NCBI GenBank assembly: GCA_034530875.2
Contig: JAVRCJ020000017.1
Coordinates: 64,001-128,000, forward strand
DNA: 64,000 bases
DNA from: Nostoc sp. DedSLP01
GTDB taxonomy: Bacteria > Cyanobacteriota > Cyanobacteriia > Cyanobacteriales > Nostocaceae
Direction: 5' to 3'
Below, piece after piece: positions 10,353 through 21,094 of this stretch. The position numbers were made by a program, and so were the translations under genes. A model generated the notes under the pieces. The model was not told the origin of the DNA, ran no database searches, and worked only from the letters and a program-made list of their open reading frames with translations. Position 1 is the stretch's first letter. Every line of letters begins with the position of its first letter.

Positions 10353-11879
10353 TTGGGAGAAAGCTTTTTGAATATCACCAATCAACAACAGCAAGCTACT
10401 CCTATAAAAGAAGAAGATTGCTATCAGGCAATTATGCCTTTAGATGGAGAACAGCAAAATCTACCTCAACAACTACAAATACTTCAGCGGCTAATTCAAC
10501 TCTCAAACCAGGGCATAATGCCTTTAAACAACTTATTAGAGCAGATAGCACAAGAACTTTATGATGCTATTGAGAGCGCTGACTTTTGTTTTTTGTTGTT
10601 ATACAATTTTCAAACTAAACAGCTAGAATTATCTGCAAAAGCTGGGATAAATGTAGACAAATTTTATTTTACAGTAATAAATACTAATACTAAATTTTTG
10701 ATTAAAAATTGCCAACAAAAAATAACTCATTTCCCCTTGGAAGAAAATAATTATTTATCGCTACTCTATCAGGTATTCGGCACAGGTATTTCCCAATTAT
10801 TTCAAAAAATTCAAGAAAATATAGAGAATATTACTGAAAACTTCATTGTGCCATCATGTATGCCACTGTGTACATCTTGTTTCACCCCGTCATCAATCTA
10901 TGCCATACCAATAGAGTTAAAACCAGCAGAAAGGCTGGGAGTACTGGTAATTGGTAACTGGGAAAATCCTGATGTATTTAATATTGTTGTTCAAAATCTT
11001 TTGAATACAGTTGGTGAATTAATAGCGATCGCTATTAATAATGCCAGAACTGCTGCACTTTTAGCAGAGCACGAACAACATATAGCTAGACAAAATGAAA
11101 TTATTTTACAGCAAAACCGCGAACTGGAAAAAATTCAACACGAAATTCAGCTGAAGAATCTGCAACTTTCAGAAGTAGAGGAGTTAAAATCCCGATTTTT
11201 AGCCACTACATCTCACGAATTACACACACCTCTAAACGTTATTTTAGGGTTATCACAGGTACTCTTGCGCCAACACAACTCTAACTTATCCGACAAACAA
11301 ATAGATATGGTGCAGCGTATTTATAATAACGGCGATCGCCTACTAGAAGTAATTGACGATATGCTCGACTTTGCCAAAGTAGAAGCTGGCCATCTAACTT
11401 TACAAATACAAGAATTTGATTTAGCAGATTTAATATTGAAAATTGTAGCCGAACACCGTTCTTTAGCAGAAGAGAAGTATTTAAAATTGCAAGCAGACGT
11501 TAATTTAGAAGATGCCATAGTGATGAGTGACATCCCCCGTCTTAAACAAGTTTTAGTCAAATTATTATTAAACGCTATTAAATTTACAGAAAGTGGTAGT
11601 GTAGAAATTAAAGTATGGGAAATTTCTACAGAAAGAATTGCGATCGCAGTTCAAGATACTGGTATAGGCATAGCCGAATCTGACCTAGCATGTATTTTTG
11701 AGCAATTCCGACAAGTAGATCAAACTACTACTCGTAAGTATGGCGGTATTGGTTTAGGTTTAGCAATTACCAAATCGTTAGTAAAGATGATGCAAGGAAC
11801 GATTAGCGTTAGTAGTAAAATAGGTGAAGGTTCCAACTTTTGCATCGAATTACCCAGGCAAATAAAATCTGGGCGATGA
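10353..11879 (+). CDS. GAF-domain sensor histidine kinase
   Basis: H-box SHELHTPLN, N-box LLLNAIKFT, G1 DTGIGI, G2 GIGLGLAI; N-terminal GAF-like region and coiled coil. Start codon uncertain. Confidence 0.88.
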   Translation: MGESFLNITNQQQQATPIKEEDCYQAIMPLDGEQQNLPQQLQILQRLIQLSNQGIMPLNNLLEQIAQELYDAIESADFCFLLLYNFQTKQLELSAKAGINVDKFYFTVINTNTKFLIKNCQQKITHFPLEENNYLSLLYQVFGTGISQLFQKIQENIENITENFIVPSCMPLCTSCFTPSSIYAIPIELKPAERLGVLVIGNWENPDVFNIVVQNLLNTVGELIAIAINNARTAALLAEHEQHIARQNEIILQQNRELEKIQHEIQLKNLQLSEVEELKSRFLATTSHELHTPLNVILGLSQVLLRQHNSNLSDKQIDMVQRIYNNGDRLLEVIDDMLDFAKVEAGHLTLQIQEFDLADLILKIVAEHRSLAEEKYLKLQADVNLEDAIVMSDIPRLKQVLVKLLLNAIKFTESGSVEIKVWEISTERIAIAVQDTGIGIAESDLACIFEQFRQVDQTTTRKYGGIGLGLAITKSLVKMMQGTISVSSKIGEGSNFCIELPRQIKSGR

Positions 11880-11940
11880 GATAGCGATGTTCAAAGAGAA
11901 TTTAAAATTTAGGATTAATTAGTTTAGCGAAGCACAAACT

Positions 11941-12828
11941 CTATTCCTGCTTCCTTTCTGCTATTCTCAGTTTAGCAGAACGCGATCGCGGATTATTCGC
12001 AATCTCCTCTTCAGTTGCAGTAATTGGCTTTTTTGTCAAGACTTTTAATAAAGGTGAATTTCTCAAACTATGTTTCACCAAACGGTCTTCTAGACTATGA
12101 AAACTGATAATCGCAATTTTGCCACCAGGTAGAAGGGCGTTTGGTGCTTTATCCAAAAAAGTTTCTAAGGATTTTAACTCATCATTAACCGCAATTCGCA
12201 GAGCTTGAAAAACACGAGTAGCAGGGTGAATTCTACCATAACGGTATTTGGGGGGAACACAACCTGCGATCGCTTCAGCCAACTCAACAGTTGTATGAAA
12301 CGGACGGCGTTCGATGATGCGTCTAGCAATGCGCCGCGATAATCTTTCTTCACCGTAGTGAAAGAAAATGTTTGCTAATTCGGCTTCATCCCAATTATTA
12401 ATTACATCAGCAGCGGTTAGCGATCGCCCCCGATCCATTCGCATATCCAAATTCCCAGCTTGGCGAAAGCTAAAACCCCTCTCTGGCCGGTCTAAATGGT
12501 AAGAACTTACCCCTAAATCCGCAAGAATACCATCGAAAGTATTAGGGGGAAACTTGTAAGCAGCAAAATTGTTATAAATGAATTGCACGCGATCGCCAAA
12601 CTCAGCTAATTCTTTCCTCGCTGCTGCTAAAGCATCCTCATCTTGGTCAATGGCCGTTACTCGCACATCCGCAGCAGCTTCTAAAATCAGACGACTGTGA
12701 CTGCCACCGCCTACCGTCGTATCAAGATAATGACCTCCTGGAGATACCGCTAGACCTGCGATAACCTCCTGCGGTAACACTGGTAGATGGGAAAATACTG
12801 GTTCTTCAATAGCTAGCTGACCATTCAT
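11941..12828 (-). CDS. rsmH: 16S rRNA (cytosine(1402)-N4)-methyltransferase RsmH
   Basis: [39 protein letters not shown] and [10 protein letters not shown] motifs. Confidence 0.96.
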   Translation of the reverse strand: MNGQLAIEEPVFSHLPVLPQEVIAGLAVSPGGHYLDTTVGGGSHSRLILEAAADVRVTAIDQDEDALAAARKELAEFGDRVQFIYNNFAAYKFPPNTFDGILADLGVSSYHLDRPERGFSFRQAGNLDMRMDRGRSLTAADVINNWDEAELANIFFHYGEERLSRRIARRIIERRPFHTTVELAEAIAGCVPPKYRYGRIHPATRVFQALRIAVNDELKSLETFLDKAPNALLPGGKIAIISFHSLEDRLVKHSLRNSPLLKVLTKKPITATEEEIANNPRSRSAKLRIAERKQE

Positions 12829-12980
12829 GAGACTCAGGGCAAAAAACCATAGATGAACCTTAATTATGTATTCTTTTGCTTGTGTCTTTGTACGTTCGTA
12901 GTTAAAAAATAGTTTTTGAACCTAAAACATATAGCGGTTTTCAATTGAATTGAATACATATCCTTGAAAATCAAATCATT

Positions 12981-13008
12981 GTAGGGGCGCACAGCTGTAC
13001 GCTCCTAC
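12981..13008. repeat. REP-like palindrome
   Basis: gtaggggcgcacagctgtacgctcctac, an imperfect palindrome with GTAG ends; related to the copy at 24083. Confidence 0.65.
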
Positions 13009-13033
13009 TGAAGTCTACGCAAATGCAAATGTG

Positions 13034-14941
13034 CTATTTTTTACCTTTTTTGTGGTAAATCATCGAATTTGGTATTACCTTTAATTTTTTCTCCATATTT
13101 AAATGGCTATTTAAAATAAAAATGAATACATTACCGAGAAATTCGTTTTCCTGTAACAAGCTGTTTACAAGTTTAGAGTGGTCGGGTTCCTGAATACCTT
13201 CTAAAAAGGTAACTTCTCGCTTCAAAGCTAGAACATAAAGTGGTTTCTCAGGAAAATATTGCAGATTTTTTTGAACTAAGTAAGCACTTATTACTTGCGG
13301 GTAACGAGATAGCTGGTGACGAAGCTTGTTTACCTCTATATCTGAGGCAGTATGAGGTTCAAATTTATCCTTTTCTCTCACATTTGAACGCTCTTGCTGT
13401 GCTTTCAAAATTAAATCATAATAACTTTCGGCACGTTGTAGATAAGATTTAGCCTCATTTACTTTTCCTTGTTTTTGAAGAAAAGAGTAAATTATCTGGT
13501 AACCTTCTAGAACTATATCTGAGTTTTCTTCTATAGCCCTTTCAATATATTCTATTCCGGCTGCATTCTGTTGTCTTATTAATATTTGTCCTAGTAAATA
13601 ATTAGCTGAGGTATGATGAGCATCAAGATGAATAATCTCTTTTAATAGTGGTATAGCTGCTTCTTCACCTTCAAAATTAAATGTCAAAAATGCTCTTTCA
13701 GTAGCTTCTTCTGGGGATAGCTCTTGTTTTTTATATTTATTATTTAAATCTTTTAATGTAGCTAATAAATTTTGACGTTCAATATATTTTTGTCGCCAAG
13801 GTGCTGCTATTTCTTCTCGCCAGACTTGACTAAAGTACTCAATAAAATTCTCTAGTTTTCTATCTAAAAATTTTTGGGCGGCGCTTGTTTCAACTGGTGG
13901 AAATATAGCTTCTTCCTGAATGTTGGAGATATATTTTAATGCTTTTAGCCTATCTGCCAAACAAGGATGAGTATCCGCATTGTTAGTTTTCTGCTTTAAG
14001 GCTTCCATTAGATAAATACTTGTGATTTCCTGATTAAGCCTCTGACTTAAAGCCTGTTTCATGGCTGTAAAAGTCATTCTTGGCGGTTCAATTTCTGTCT
14101 CTACTTGTTTATAGATACCAGACCAAAAATATCTTTGGATAAATCTAGCTTTGACCTCAACATTTATCAAAGTTTCAGCAACATTTTGTTCTCCAGTTAG
14201 CTCGACAGCACATCTATCTGCTTCATATTCGTTCATCCGTGCCAAGACAAAAGAATAGGCATTAAAAAACGGAACGTACCATATCAAAAAACGCTCAAAA
14301 ATTGCCCATGATACTTGATTGCCACTTTCTCGTAGCCCTTTAATAATGCGGTACCAAGTTTCACGTTGGCGATAAATCCAACCATGAAAACGACTGTGAT
14401 TTCCTGATAAATGTCCCAGTTCATGGGCTAACACAGCACGAAATTGTTCGGGTGACAGTGCTAGCATTAGCGGTAGACCCAAAATTAAATAATTTTGCTG
14501 CCATCCCAGCAAACCTAAGCGTGGTCTTTGGACAACCGCTGCATTAAAATCATTCGTCAGTAAGATGTGGTGAAAACGTGGAGCTTGTAACTTGGATGAG
14601 ATTTCGTTAGTTAAAGAATAGAGATTGGGTACATCCTTAGGGTACAGTGGTAAACCTGTAGGAGGAGGAAAAGAAACCCAAAGCGATCGCACTAACACCA
14701 ATGCAAACGCTACCAAAAACAAAAGAGCTTTTACAGATGAAGCATGAACTGAACGAGCGTTAAGCATCAAAAAGACAATACCTATCAGCAAAGCCAACGT
14801 TACAGCTAAAACCAAAAATATATACACGTAGCCCAAAGTAGCCAAAAAAGCAACGTGCAATTTATAAAGACGCGGTTGTTTATTAGCAAAAACTTCTAAC
14901 TTCTGAATTAGGCTATCAAAATGCTCTTGGGTGAAGGTCAT
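13034..14941 (-). CDS. M48 family membrane zinc metallopeptidase with C-terminal TPR-like region
   Basis: Two N-terminal TM helices, AVLAHELGH (HExxH), RMNEYEADR, THPCLADRL; TPR-like helices (ANYLLGQIL). Confidence 0.87.
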   Translation of the reverse strand: MTFTQEHFDSLIQKLEVFANKQPRLYKLHVAFLATLGYVYIFLVLAVTLALLIGIVFLMLNARSVHASSVKALLFLVAFALVLVRSLWVSFPPPTGLPLYPKDVPNLYSLTNEISSKLQAPRFHHILLTNDFNAAVVQRPRLGLLGWQQNYLILGLPLMLALSPEQFRAVLAHELGHLSGNHSRFHGWIYRQRETWYRIIKGLRESGNQVSWAIFERFLIWYVPFFNAYSFVLARMNEYEADRCAVELTGEQNVAETLINVEVKARFIQRYFWSGIYKQVETEIEPPRMTFTAMKQALSQRLNQEITSIYLMEALKQKTNNADTHPCLADRLKALKYISNIQEEAIFPPVETSAAQKFLDRKLENFIEYFSQVWREEIAAPWRQKYIERQNLLATLKDLNNKYKKQELSPEEATERAFLTFNFEGEEAAIPLLKEIIHLDAHHTSANYLLGQILIRQQNAAGIEYIERAIEENSDIVLEGYQIIYSFLQKQGKVNEAKSYLQRAESYYDLILKAQQERSNVREKDKFEPHTASDIEVNKLRHQLSRYPQVISAYLVQKNLQYFPEKPLYVLALKREVTFLEGIQEPDHSKLVNSLLQENEFLGNVFIFILNSHLNMEKKLKVIPNSMIYHKKGKK

Positions 14942-15473
14942 AGATATGTATCAGCTTGATAAAACTGTAATATAGCTGACACGATATCTTTATCGCTTAC
15001 GTAAAAACTCAGAAGTAGATCGCCATTCTTGAAAAGAGGCATCTTCTTGAGTAATTAGCGATCGCATTATTCTCCGTATCCCCTTATCCCAGCGCTATGA
15101 GATAAAAAATTCTGGTGCCTTAATTAAGTGCATATCTAGCTTCCATATAATAGTTGAAGAAGTGCAACAAAATGAAACATCAAGTAAAATCCCTCCTCTG
15201 TCACCCCCCTCTCAAACTTACCCCTGTATAGGCAATACATGTAGAGGAGTTTCTCTAAAAGTATTGCCCCTAAAAGGCTGTCAAATAGAAATTGACAGGT
15301 TCGGGCTGATGTCAGGATATGGGAAAATTTTATTCTCCGCGTCCTTGCGTTTCCCCAACCCCGCTTCAATCCATGACAGACCTTACCTTGGTATGACAGA
15401 CAAGATAAATTGGGTCTAGTTGGCATCTTAGCGGTTCGATTCAAAATTGTCACAACGGGAGAACACTAAATCT

Positions 15474-16658
15474 ATGACCAGAATAGAAACCCGCACTGAA
15501 CCGATGGTGCTAAATATGGGGCCACACCACCCCTCAATGCACGGGGTTCTGCGGCTAATTGTCACCTTGGATGGCGAGGATGTCGTTGACTGCGAACCGG
15601 TTATTGGCTACCTGCACCGGGGAATGGAAAAAATTGCTGAGAACCGCACTAACGTTATGTACGTCCCTTATGTTAGTCGCTGGGACTACGCTGCGGGAAT
15701 GTTCAACGAAGCTGTCACCGTCAACGCACCAGAAAAGCTGGCAGGTGTAGCAGTCCCCAAACGCGCTAGTTACATCCGCGTCATCATGCTGGAGTTGAAC
15801 CGCATCGCCAATCACTTGCTGTGGTTTGGCCCCTTCCTCGCTGACGTTGGCGCTCAAACTCCCTTCTTTTACCAATTCCGCGAACGGGAGATGATTTACG
15901 ATCTGTGGGAAGCCGCCACAGGTTACCGGATGGTGAATAATAACTACTTCCGCGTCGGTGGCGTGGCAGTTGATTTACCTTATGGTTGGGTAGATAAGTG
16001 TCTGGAATTCTGCGATTACTTGATACCCAAAATTGATGAATACGAACGCTTGGTAACAGATAATCCCATCTTCCGCCGCCGCGTTGAAGGTATCGGCACT
16101 ATCACTCGTGAAGAAGCAATTAACTGGGGACTTTCCGGCCCCATGTTACGCGCATCCGGTGTGAAATGGGATTTGCGGAAAGTAGACCATTACGAATGCT
16201 ACGACGACTTCGACTGGGATGTACAATGGGAAACTGCTGGTGATTGCTTCGCCCGTTACGTAGTGCGGATGCGGGAAATGCGCGAATCTGTGAAGATTAT
16301 TCGCCAAGCAATCAAAGGACTTCCTGGCGGCCCTTACGAAAATCTCGAAGCCAAGCGCCTAGCCGCAGGTAAAAAGTCTGAGTGGGACGCTTTTGATTAT
16401 CAGTACATTGGTAAAAAAGTTTCCCCCACCTTCAAAATTCCCAAGGGTGAAATCTACGCCCGTGTAGAAAGTGGCAAAGGTGAACTGGGAATTTATCTGG
16501 TAGGTGATGATAACGTCTTCCCTGCACGCTGGAAGATTCGGGCAGCAGACTTCAACAATCTCCAAATTCTCCCACATTTACTGCGTGGAATGAAAGTTGC
16601 AGATATTGTAGTCATTCTTGGCAGTATTGACGTGATTATGGGTTCTGTAGATAGATAG
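15474..16658 (+). CDS. ndhH: NAD(P)H-quinone oxidoreductase subunit H
   Basis: [25 protein letters not shown] ... [16 protein letters not shown] ribosome-binding site upstream of ATG 15474. Confidence 0.97.
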   Translation: MTRIETRTEPMVLNMGPHHPSMHGVLRLIVTLDGEDVVDCEPVIGYLHRGMEKIAENRTNVMYVPYVSRWDYAAGMFNEAVTVNAPEKLAGVAVPKRASYIRVIMLELNRIANHLLWFGPFLADVGAQTPFFYQFREREMIYDLWEAATGYRMVNNNYFRVGGVAVDLPYGWVDKCLEFCDYLIPKIDEYERLVTDNPIFRRRVEGIGTITREEAINWGLSGPMLRASGVKWDLRKVDHYECYDDFDWDVQWETAGDCFARYVVRMREMRESVKIIRQAIKGLPGGPYENLEAKRLAAGKKSEWDAFDYQYIGKKVSPTFKIPKGEIYARVESGKGELGIYLVGDDNVFPARWKIRAADFNNLQILPHLLRGMKVADIVVILGSIDVIMGSVDR

Positions 16659-16683
16659 AAAATATCAATCTCAGTACTTTTTG

Positions 16684-16720
16684 AGAGCAGTTGCACTGTG
16701 GTGTAACTGCTCTATTTTTT
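16684..16720 (+). terminator. Intrinsic terminator after ndhH
   Basis: agagcagttgcac-tgtg-gtgtaactgctct hairpin followed by a T run. Confidence 0.75.
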
Positions 16721-16765
16721 ATAACAGGAGCCTGATATGCTAATCCGAATTAAGTAGCAAATATC

Positions 16766-16781
16766 TGTAACTCAGAATACA
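16766..16781. promoter_or_regulatory. Putative NtcA box
   Basis: TGTA-actcagaa-TACA matches TGTA-N8-TACA; no -10 box at the canonical spacing. Confidence 0.35.
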
Positions 16782-17068
16782 GAAAAAACTATTATGTAGG
16801 GTTATTAATATATCTGTTAAAAAAATATAAAAAATGTTAGAAATATGGCTCATAAATATATAAACTATTTAATTATTAATTAATGATTACAATTTTTAAA
16901 AAATATAAACTATTAATATTTAATTATGAACTAACCGCAATAGTTGACTAGGATGATGTTAGGTTAAAATTGAATTGCTCTTATCAATTGAGATATATAT
17001 TGAAGTAAAAGTCTGATAAATTACTATATAAATGCCGACAGTATTTACTTAGTCGTAATTTTAGAAAC

Positions 17069-17605
17069 GTGCAAATTCATCCTTACTCAGAATCTAACCA
17101 GAGCCAGAATCGCCGCGAACAGGGTTTGGAAAAGTTGCTCGATCGCCTTGTCAGAAGGATACAACGGGATGAGTTAGTCCGGCAGACAATGAATCAACTT
17201 AGAGAATACCTGCAAGTAGATCGGGTAGTTCTGTATTATTTTTACGAACGATGGCAAGGGCAGGTAACTTTTGAATCTTCCAATTCTAGAGAATTATCGA
17301 TACTAGGTTCTACCGGGCCGGATAATTGTTTTAACGATGAATATGCTGCTTTATATTTGGCAGGACGAGTAAAGGCGATCGCTGATATTGAATTAGAGCC
17401 AATGGAGTCTTGTCACAGAGATTTCCTCCGCAGTATGCAAGTTCGCGCCAACCTTGTAGTCCCAATTGTGATACCTAGAGGATTATGGGGATTGTTAATA
17501 GCGCATCACTGCCAAGGAAGTCACCATTGGTCGCCATTAGATATGGAAATGATGCAAACAGCAGCACAAACTTTAGCCACAGACCATAATATTTTAGACA
17601 GTTAA
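17069..17605 (+). CDS. Single-GAF cyanobacteriochrome-like protein (DXCF type)
   Basis: LQVDRVVLY, DNCF (DXCF), ESCHRDFL (bilin-binding CH) and ANLVVPI...LWGLLIAHHC motifs. Confidence 0.85.
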   Translation: MQIHPYSESNQSQNRREQGLEKLLDRLVRRIQRDELVRQTMNQLREYLQVDRVVLYYFYERWQGQVTFESSNSRELSILGSTGPDNCFNDEYAALYLAGRVKAIADIELEPMESCHRDFLRSMQVRANLVVPIVIPRGLWGLLIAHHCQGSHHWSPLDMEMMQTAAQTLATDHNILDS

Positions 17606-17684
17606 GCGCTGTACTTTTAAATGGTATAAAGTGAGGTAGAGAAGATACTCGCCAGCGCTGATTCTTCGATATAGGAGAAAAACT

Positions 17685-18074
17685 GTGAAATTTGGTTATA
17701 CAGTAATCTGGGTTGACGATGTAGTTAAGACTGTTGAGTTTTACGAAAAAGCTTTTGGCTTAGTTCGTCGTACTGTCCGAGATATGGGGCAATTCACCTG
17801 GGCTGAAATCGAAACCGGAAATACCACATTAGCTTTTTCCTCGACTAGCGAAGCACAGAAATTATTTCCTGGTGGCTTTCATCCCAACGAGGCCACACAA
17901 CCACCGACATTAATCCAAATATCATTCATGACTCCTGATGTCGGCGGCGCTTATGTAAAAGCGATCGGAGCAGGAGCCAAACCATTAGATCCCCCTAAAA
18001 CCCAACCTTGGGGACAAACAATAGCTCGCGTCCGCGACCTTAATGGCGTACTGGTGTCATTGGTCAGCGGCTAG
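17685..18074 (+). CDS. VOC/glyoxalase family protein
   Basis: VDDVVKTVEFYEKAFG and PWGQTIARVRDLNG motifs; AGGAG ribosome-binding site. Confidence 0.88.
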   Translation: MKFGYTVIWVDDVVKTVEFYEKAFGLVRRTVRDMGQFTWAEIETGNTTLAFSSTSEAQKLFPGGFHPNEATQPPTLIQISFMTPDVGGAYVKAIGAGAKPLDPPKTQPWGQTIARVRDLNGVLVSLVSG

Positions 18075-18109
18075 TACGATTCCTATATGTGTAAGTCCTA
18101 GATACTTAC

Positions 18110-18973
18110 CTAACCAACTTCTAAACTTGTCACAGCAAATACACGATTTATAGGCAAGTTAGGAATTTCTTTACTGTACATCCGAGCGACTTCAGAGACT
18201 GGCTTCATCCGGTAACGTTGAGCCAGCTTAGTCGCTTCTGAATTAGCATCTGGCACATCAAGAAACACTGGAGCATCAGAAGCAAAAGCAAGCAAGGCGA
18301 GTAAGAGTTGTTCGGCAATCTGTTCATCGTCAGCATTCAACGGCCCAATTCGGAAACCTATGTGGCTTTTGCGGATGACTCCATAACCAACAACACGCTC
18401 ATCTCTAACAACTCCTAAAGCAGAACTGTTTGGTTGCTCGATCCAAAGTTTTAGAAACTGCTTGCGCTCAGCCGGAAAAAGCTCTCGGTCGTAAGCAACT
18501 AAGCGATCGAAAGGCACAGTTTTGAGTTCTACAATGCCGTCCGGCGCAACGCCGCCGCCTACAGCCTGATAACGAATATGACGGTAGGTGATTTGAAAAC
18601 CTGATTTCTGGTAATTCGGTTGTTGAGCAACCACTCCATCTATGCTTATGTTACGCTCAGTACCAAGATAAGCCATTGCTGCCCTCCACATTTTCATGCC
18701 AAAACCTCGCCCACGAAACTGGGGTTTGACAATATAAAAGCCAATAACGGCAAAGTGCTTAGAGTAAGCAACAGCAGAAATACTTGCTACAAGTTCATTG
18801 TTCAATTCCCCCACGAAAAAACCGCATCGATCGGCTTGGTAAAAACATTCAGCATCATAAGTTCCCGGATTCCAGCCTTCAAATGCTGCCCAATCAATTA
18901 CCAAATCTAATTCTGACCTCTTCATTGGTCGAACTGTAAAATTGTCCATTGTCATTGGTGCGATCGCGGTCAT
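18110..18973 (-). CDS. GNAT family N-acetyltransferase (two-domain)
   Basis: EGWNPG; acetyl-CoA motif FYIVKPQFRGRGFG; RIGPL in the second domain. Confidence 0.87.
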   Translation of the reverse strand: MTAIAPMTMDNFTVRPMKRSELDLVIDWAAFEGWNPGTYDAECFYQADRCGFFVGELNNELVASISAVAYSKHFAVIGFYIVKPQFRGRGFGMKMWRAAMAYLGTERNISIDGVVAQQPNYQKSGFQITYRHIRYQAVGGGVAPDGIVELKTVPFDRLVAYDRELFPAERKQFLKLWIEQPNSSALGVVRDERVVGYGVIRKSHIGFRIGPLNADDEQIAEQLLLALLAFASDAPVFLDVPDANSEATKLAQRYRMKPVSEVARMYSKEIPNLPINRVFAVTSLEVG

Positions 18974-19233
18974 AATATTTTATTGTGGAGTGATAAAACA
19001 GTAGGACTTACATATTGATAAATTAGCGTAGATGTGTAGTAAGCGATAATGAGAAAGGTCATACTCTCCAATTAGCCGATCGCTAATCACCAGTGCCTTG
19101 GGAACATGGATAATATCTATGTTGCTCAATTTGGGGTTCAAAGTATCAGAACCACTAGCAAGGCATTAACTGCCAAGTGTGACTTGAACACTTACACTTT
19201 TTTTCTCCTGGCGGAAACAAAATTGTCTGGGAA

Positions 19234-20298
19234 TTATTTAACAAATATTAATCCACTATATAGCTGAAAAGCTGGATCCCAATTAGTCTCTTCTCTACGA
19301 TATAGGTGAATATGAGATTTAATTTGGCTCAGCATTTCTGTTTGATCTAATGTTGTATCTGCAAAGGATGTGAAATCTGACCAAGTTTTGACTTGAGGTA
19401 GTTGTTGGTCAATCCAATTTGATAAACTATTCCAATTAATTCTGATTGTATTTTGGCTAGCTTGAGAAATAATTTCTAAACCTTGTTGAAATTCATACTC
19501 GCTATCGCACAGTCGCAGAATACAATGTCTACCTGGTAGGTGTAAATCGCAAAACTGAGCATAGTCTTGTGTTTGAGTTTTCCATTCCAGCTTCCGACGA
19601 GCATCAACATCTACAACTTGTTCAAAAATTGGCAAAAGTCCTACTACTCGTGCTGTAACTTCTGACCAATTAAAAGTTAAAGAACCGAGTTGGTTTGCTT
19701 GATTGCAACAAACAACAGTAGCTTTTTGTTGAGATTCTGAAAAATATTTGACTTGAAAAACTTGAATTTGTTGAATGGCTTTTATTGTTGTCCAAAAACA
19801 GGGAATACCAGCTTGTTGTAGCTGTTCGCCGTAAAATTTTAGTTCTCCCACTTGTCCGGTGCGGTATAGTCTCCAGCCACGACTCGGTAGCAACAACCGT
19901 GCGCTGTAAGGATCGATTTGCATAATCTCGGCAAATTTTCGAGATGCTTCTGTTTTAAGTTCGTTATTAAGAGGTTCTAAAACTAGTACGCCAAGTTCGA
20001 TGTTGCTGGGTTCCGATATTGCTTTAGCAATAGCTCTTTGTCTTTCTTCTTGCTCAATTTCTTGCAGGCGCCACAAAGCTTGTCGTGCTAGCGTCACGAT
20101 TCTAGTATTCCTCGTATCTCGCAGCAGTTGCCGATAAATTTTTTCCGCATCTTGGTACTTGCCAGATACTTCATGCAACCGACCGATATAAAATTGCACC
20201 CAAGGATGTTCTGGCGATTCTTTTTGCAGCTGTTTGAGTAATTTAGCAGCTGTTTGATAGTCTTTATTGTCAAAGGCGATCGCAACTTGCTCAATCAT
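19234..20298 (-). CDS. Tetratricopeptide repeat protein
   Basis: N-terminal TPR helices (PWVQFYIGRLHEVSGKYQDAEKIYRQLL); probable ATG at 20298. Confidence 0.75.
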   Translation of the reverse strand: MIEQVAIAFDNKDYQTAAKLLKQLQKESPEHPWVQFYIGRLHEVSGKYQDAEKIYRQLLRDTRNTRIVTLARQALWRLQEIEQEERQRAIAKAISEPSNIELGVLVLEPLNNELKTEASRKFAEIMQIDPYSARLLLPSRGWRLYRTGQVGELKFYGEQLQQAGIPCFWTTIKAIQQIQVFQVKYFSESQQKATVVCCNQANQLGSLTFNWSEVTARVVGLLPIFEQVVDVDARRKLEWKTQTQDYAQFCDLHLPGRHCILRLCDSEYEFQQGLEIISQASQNTIRINWNSLSNWIDQQLPQVKTWSDFTSFADTTLDQTEMLSQIKSHIHLYRREETNWDPAFQLYSGLIFVK

Positions 20299-20351
20299 GT
20301 TTAAATGCACCCTAGAGAAATATCTCACATTCTGCGTGAGCTATAACTCAT

Positions 20352-21080
20352 TTATACTTCACAAGCTGCGGTAATCAAGGATAATGCTACCACTGGCGCT
20401 GTCACTGCTCTGAGGATACGACGACCAAGGGAAACAGGTTGAAATCCAACTGCGATCGCATTTTGAACTTCTTGCTTTGTCCATCCGCCTTCTGGCCCGG
20501 TAGCGATGACAATTGTTTCTTGTTTTTTATTTTGTAAACAATCTCTTAAATGGGGAAATTCACCACGAGCCACACAAATATATTGCTGGCTATTCACCAA
20601 TGATAAATTACTAATGGCTGATGACAAACCTGTGCTAAAAGTAACAGGTTCTAAAATTGTTGGTACTAAGGAACGTTCTGATTGTTCGGCGGCTTCTGCG
20701 GCGATGCGGCGCCAGCGTTCGAGTTTTTGGGGGCTGGGATGAAGCAAAGTGCGATCGCTCAATACTGGTGCAATACAAGTTACTCCCAATTCGGTACAGC
20801 AGCGCACGATTTCATCGAATCCATTGCCTTTGGGCAACGCCACTATCAGCGTAATCGATATAGGTAGCTCAGTTTCTACTGAGATGGATTCTAAAACTTG
20901 TGCTTGTTCCCCTGCTAACTGTACCAACCATGATTTTCCTTTACCGTCCATTGCAATAAAGCGATCGCCTTCACGCAAGCGCAACACCCGCGTCAGATAA
21001 TGTTGTTGTTCTTTAGCCAGCAAAATTTGTTGTTGTTGGAGTTGGGAAGGAGCGATCGCAATTCTTTGCAGTTGAGACAT
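20352..21080 (-). CDS. rsmE: 16S rRNA (uracil(1498)-N3)-methyltransferase RsmE
   Basis: HYLTRVLRL, TELGV, EAAEQSER, TGPEGGWT and LGRRILRAVTA motifs. Confidence 0.95.
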   Translation of the reverse strand: MSQLQRIAIAPSQLQQQQILLAKEQQHYLTRVLRLREGDRFIAMDGKGKSWLVQLAGEQAQVLESISVETELPISITLIVALPKGNGFDEIVRCCTELGVTCIAPVLSDRTLLHPSPQKLERWRRIAAEAAEQSERSLVPTILEPVTFSTGLSSAISNLSLVNSQQYICVARGEFPHLRDCLQNKKQETIVIATGPEGGWTKQEVQNAIAVGFQPVSLGRRILRAVTAPVVALSLITAACEV

Positions 21081-21094
21081 TTTTTTTGAATAAA

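Noticed and set aside
15136..15453. 105-aa (-) and 85-aa (+) ORFs upstream of ndhH
   Set aside because: No recognisable motifs; they overlap each other in the divergent promoter region.
18086..19016. Composite mobile element around the GNAT gene (gtaagtccta / taggacttac)
   Set aside because: The match is only 10 bp, there is no target duplication or transposase, and a similar taggactta sequence occurs alone at ~21776; more likely independent repeat remnants.
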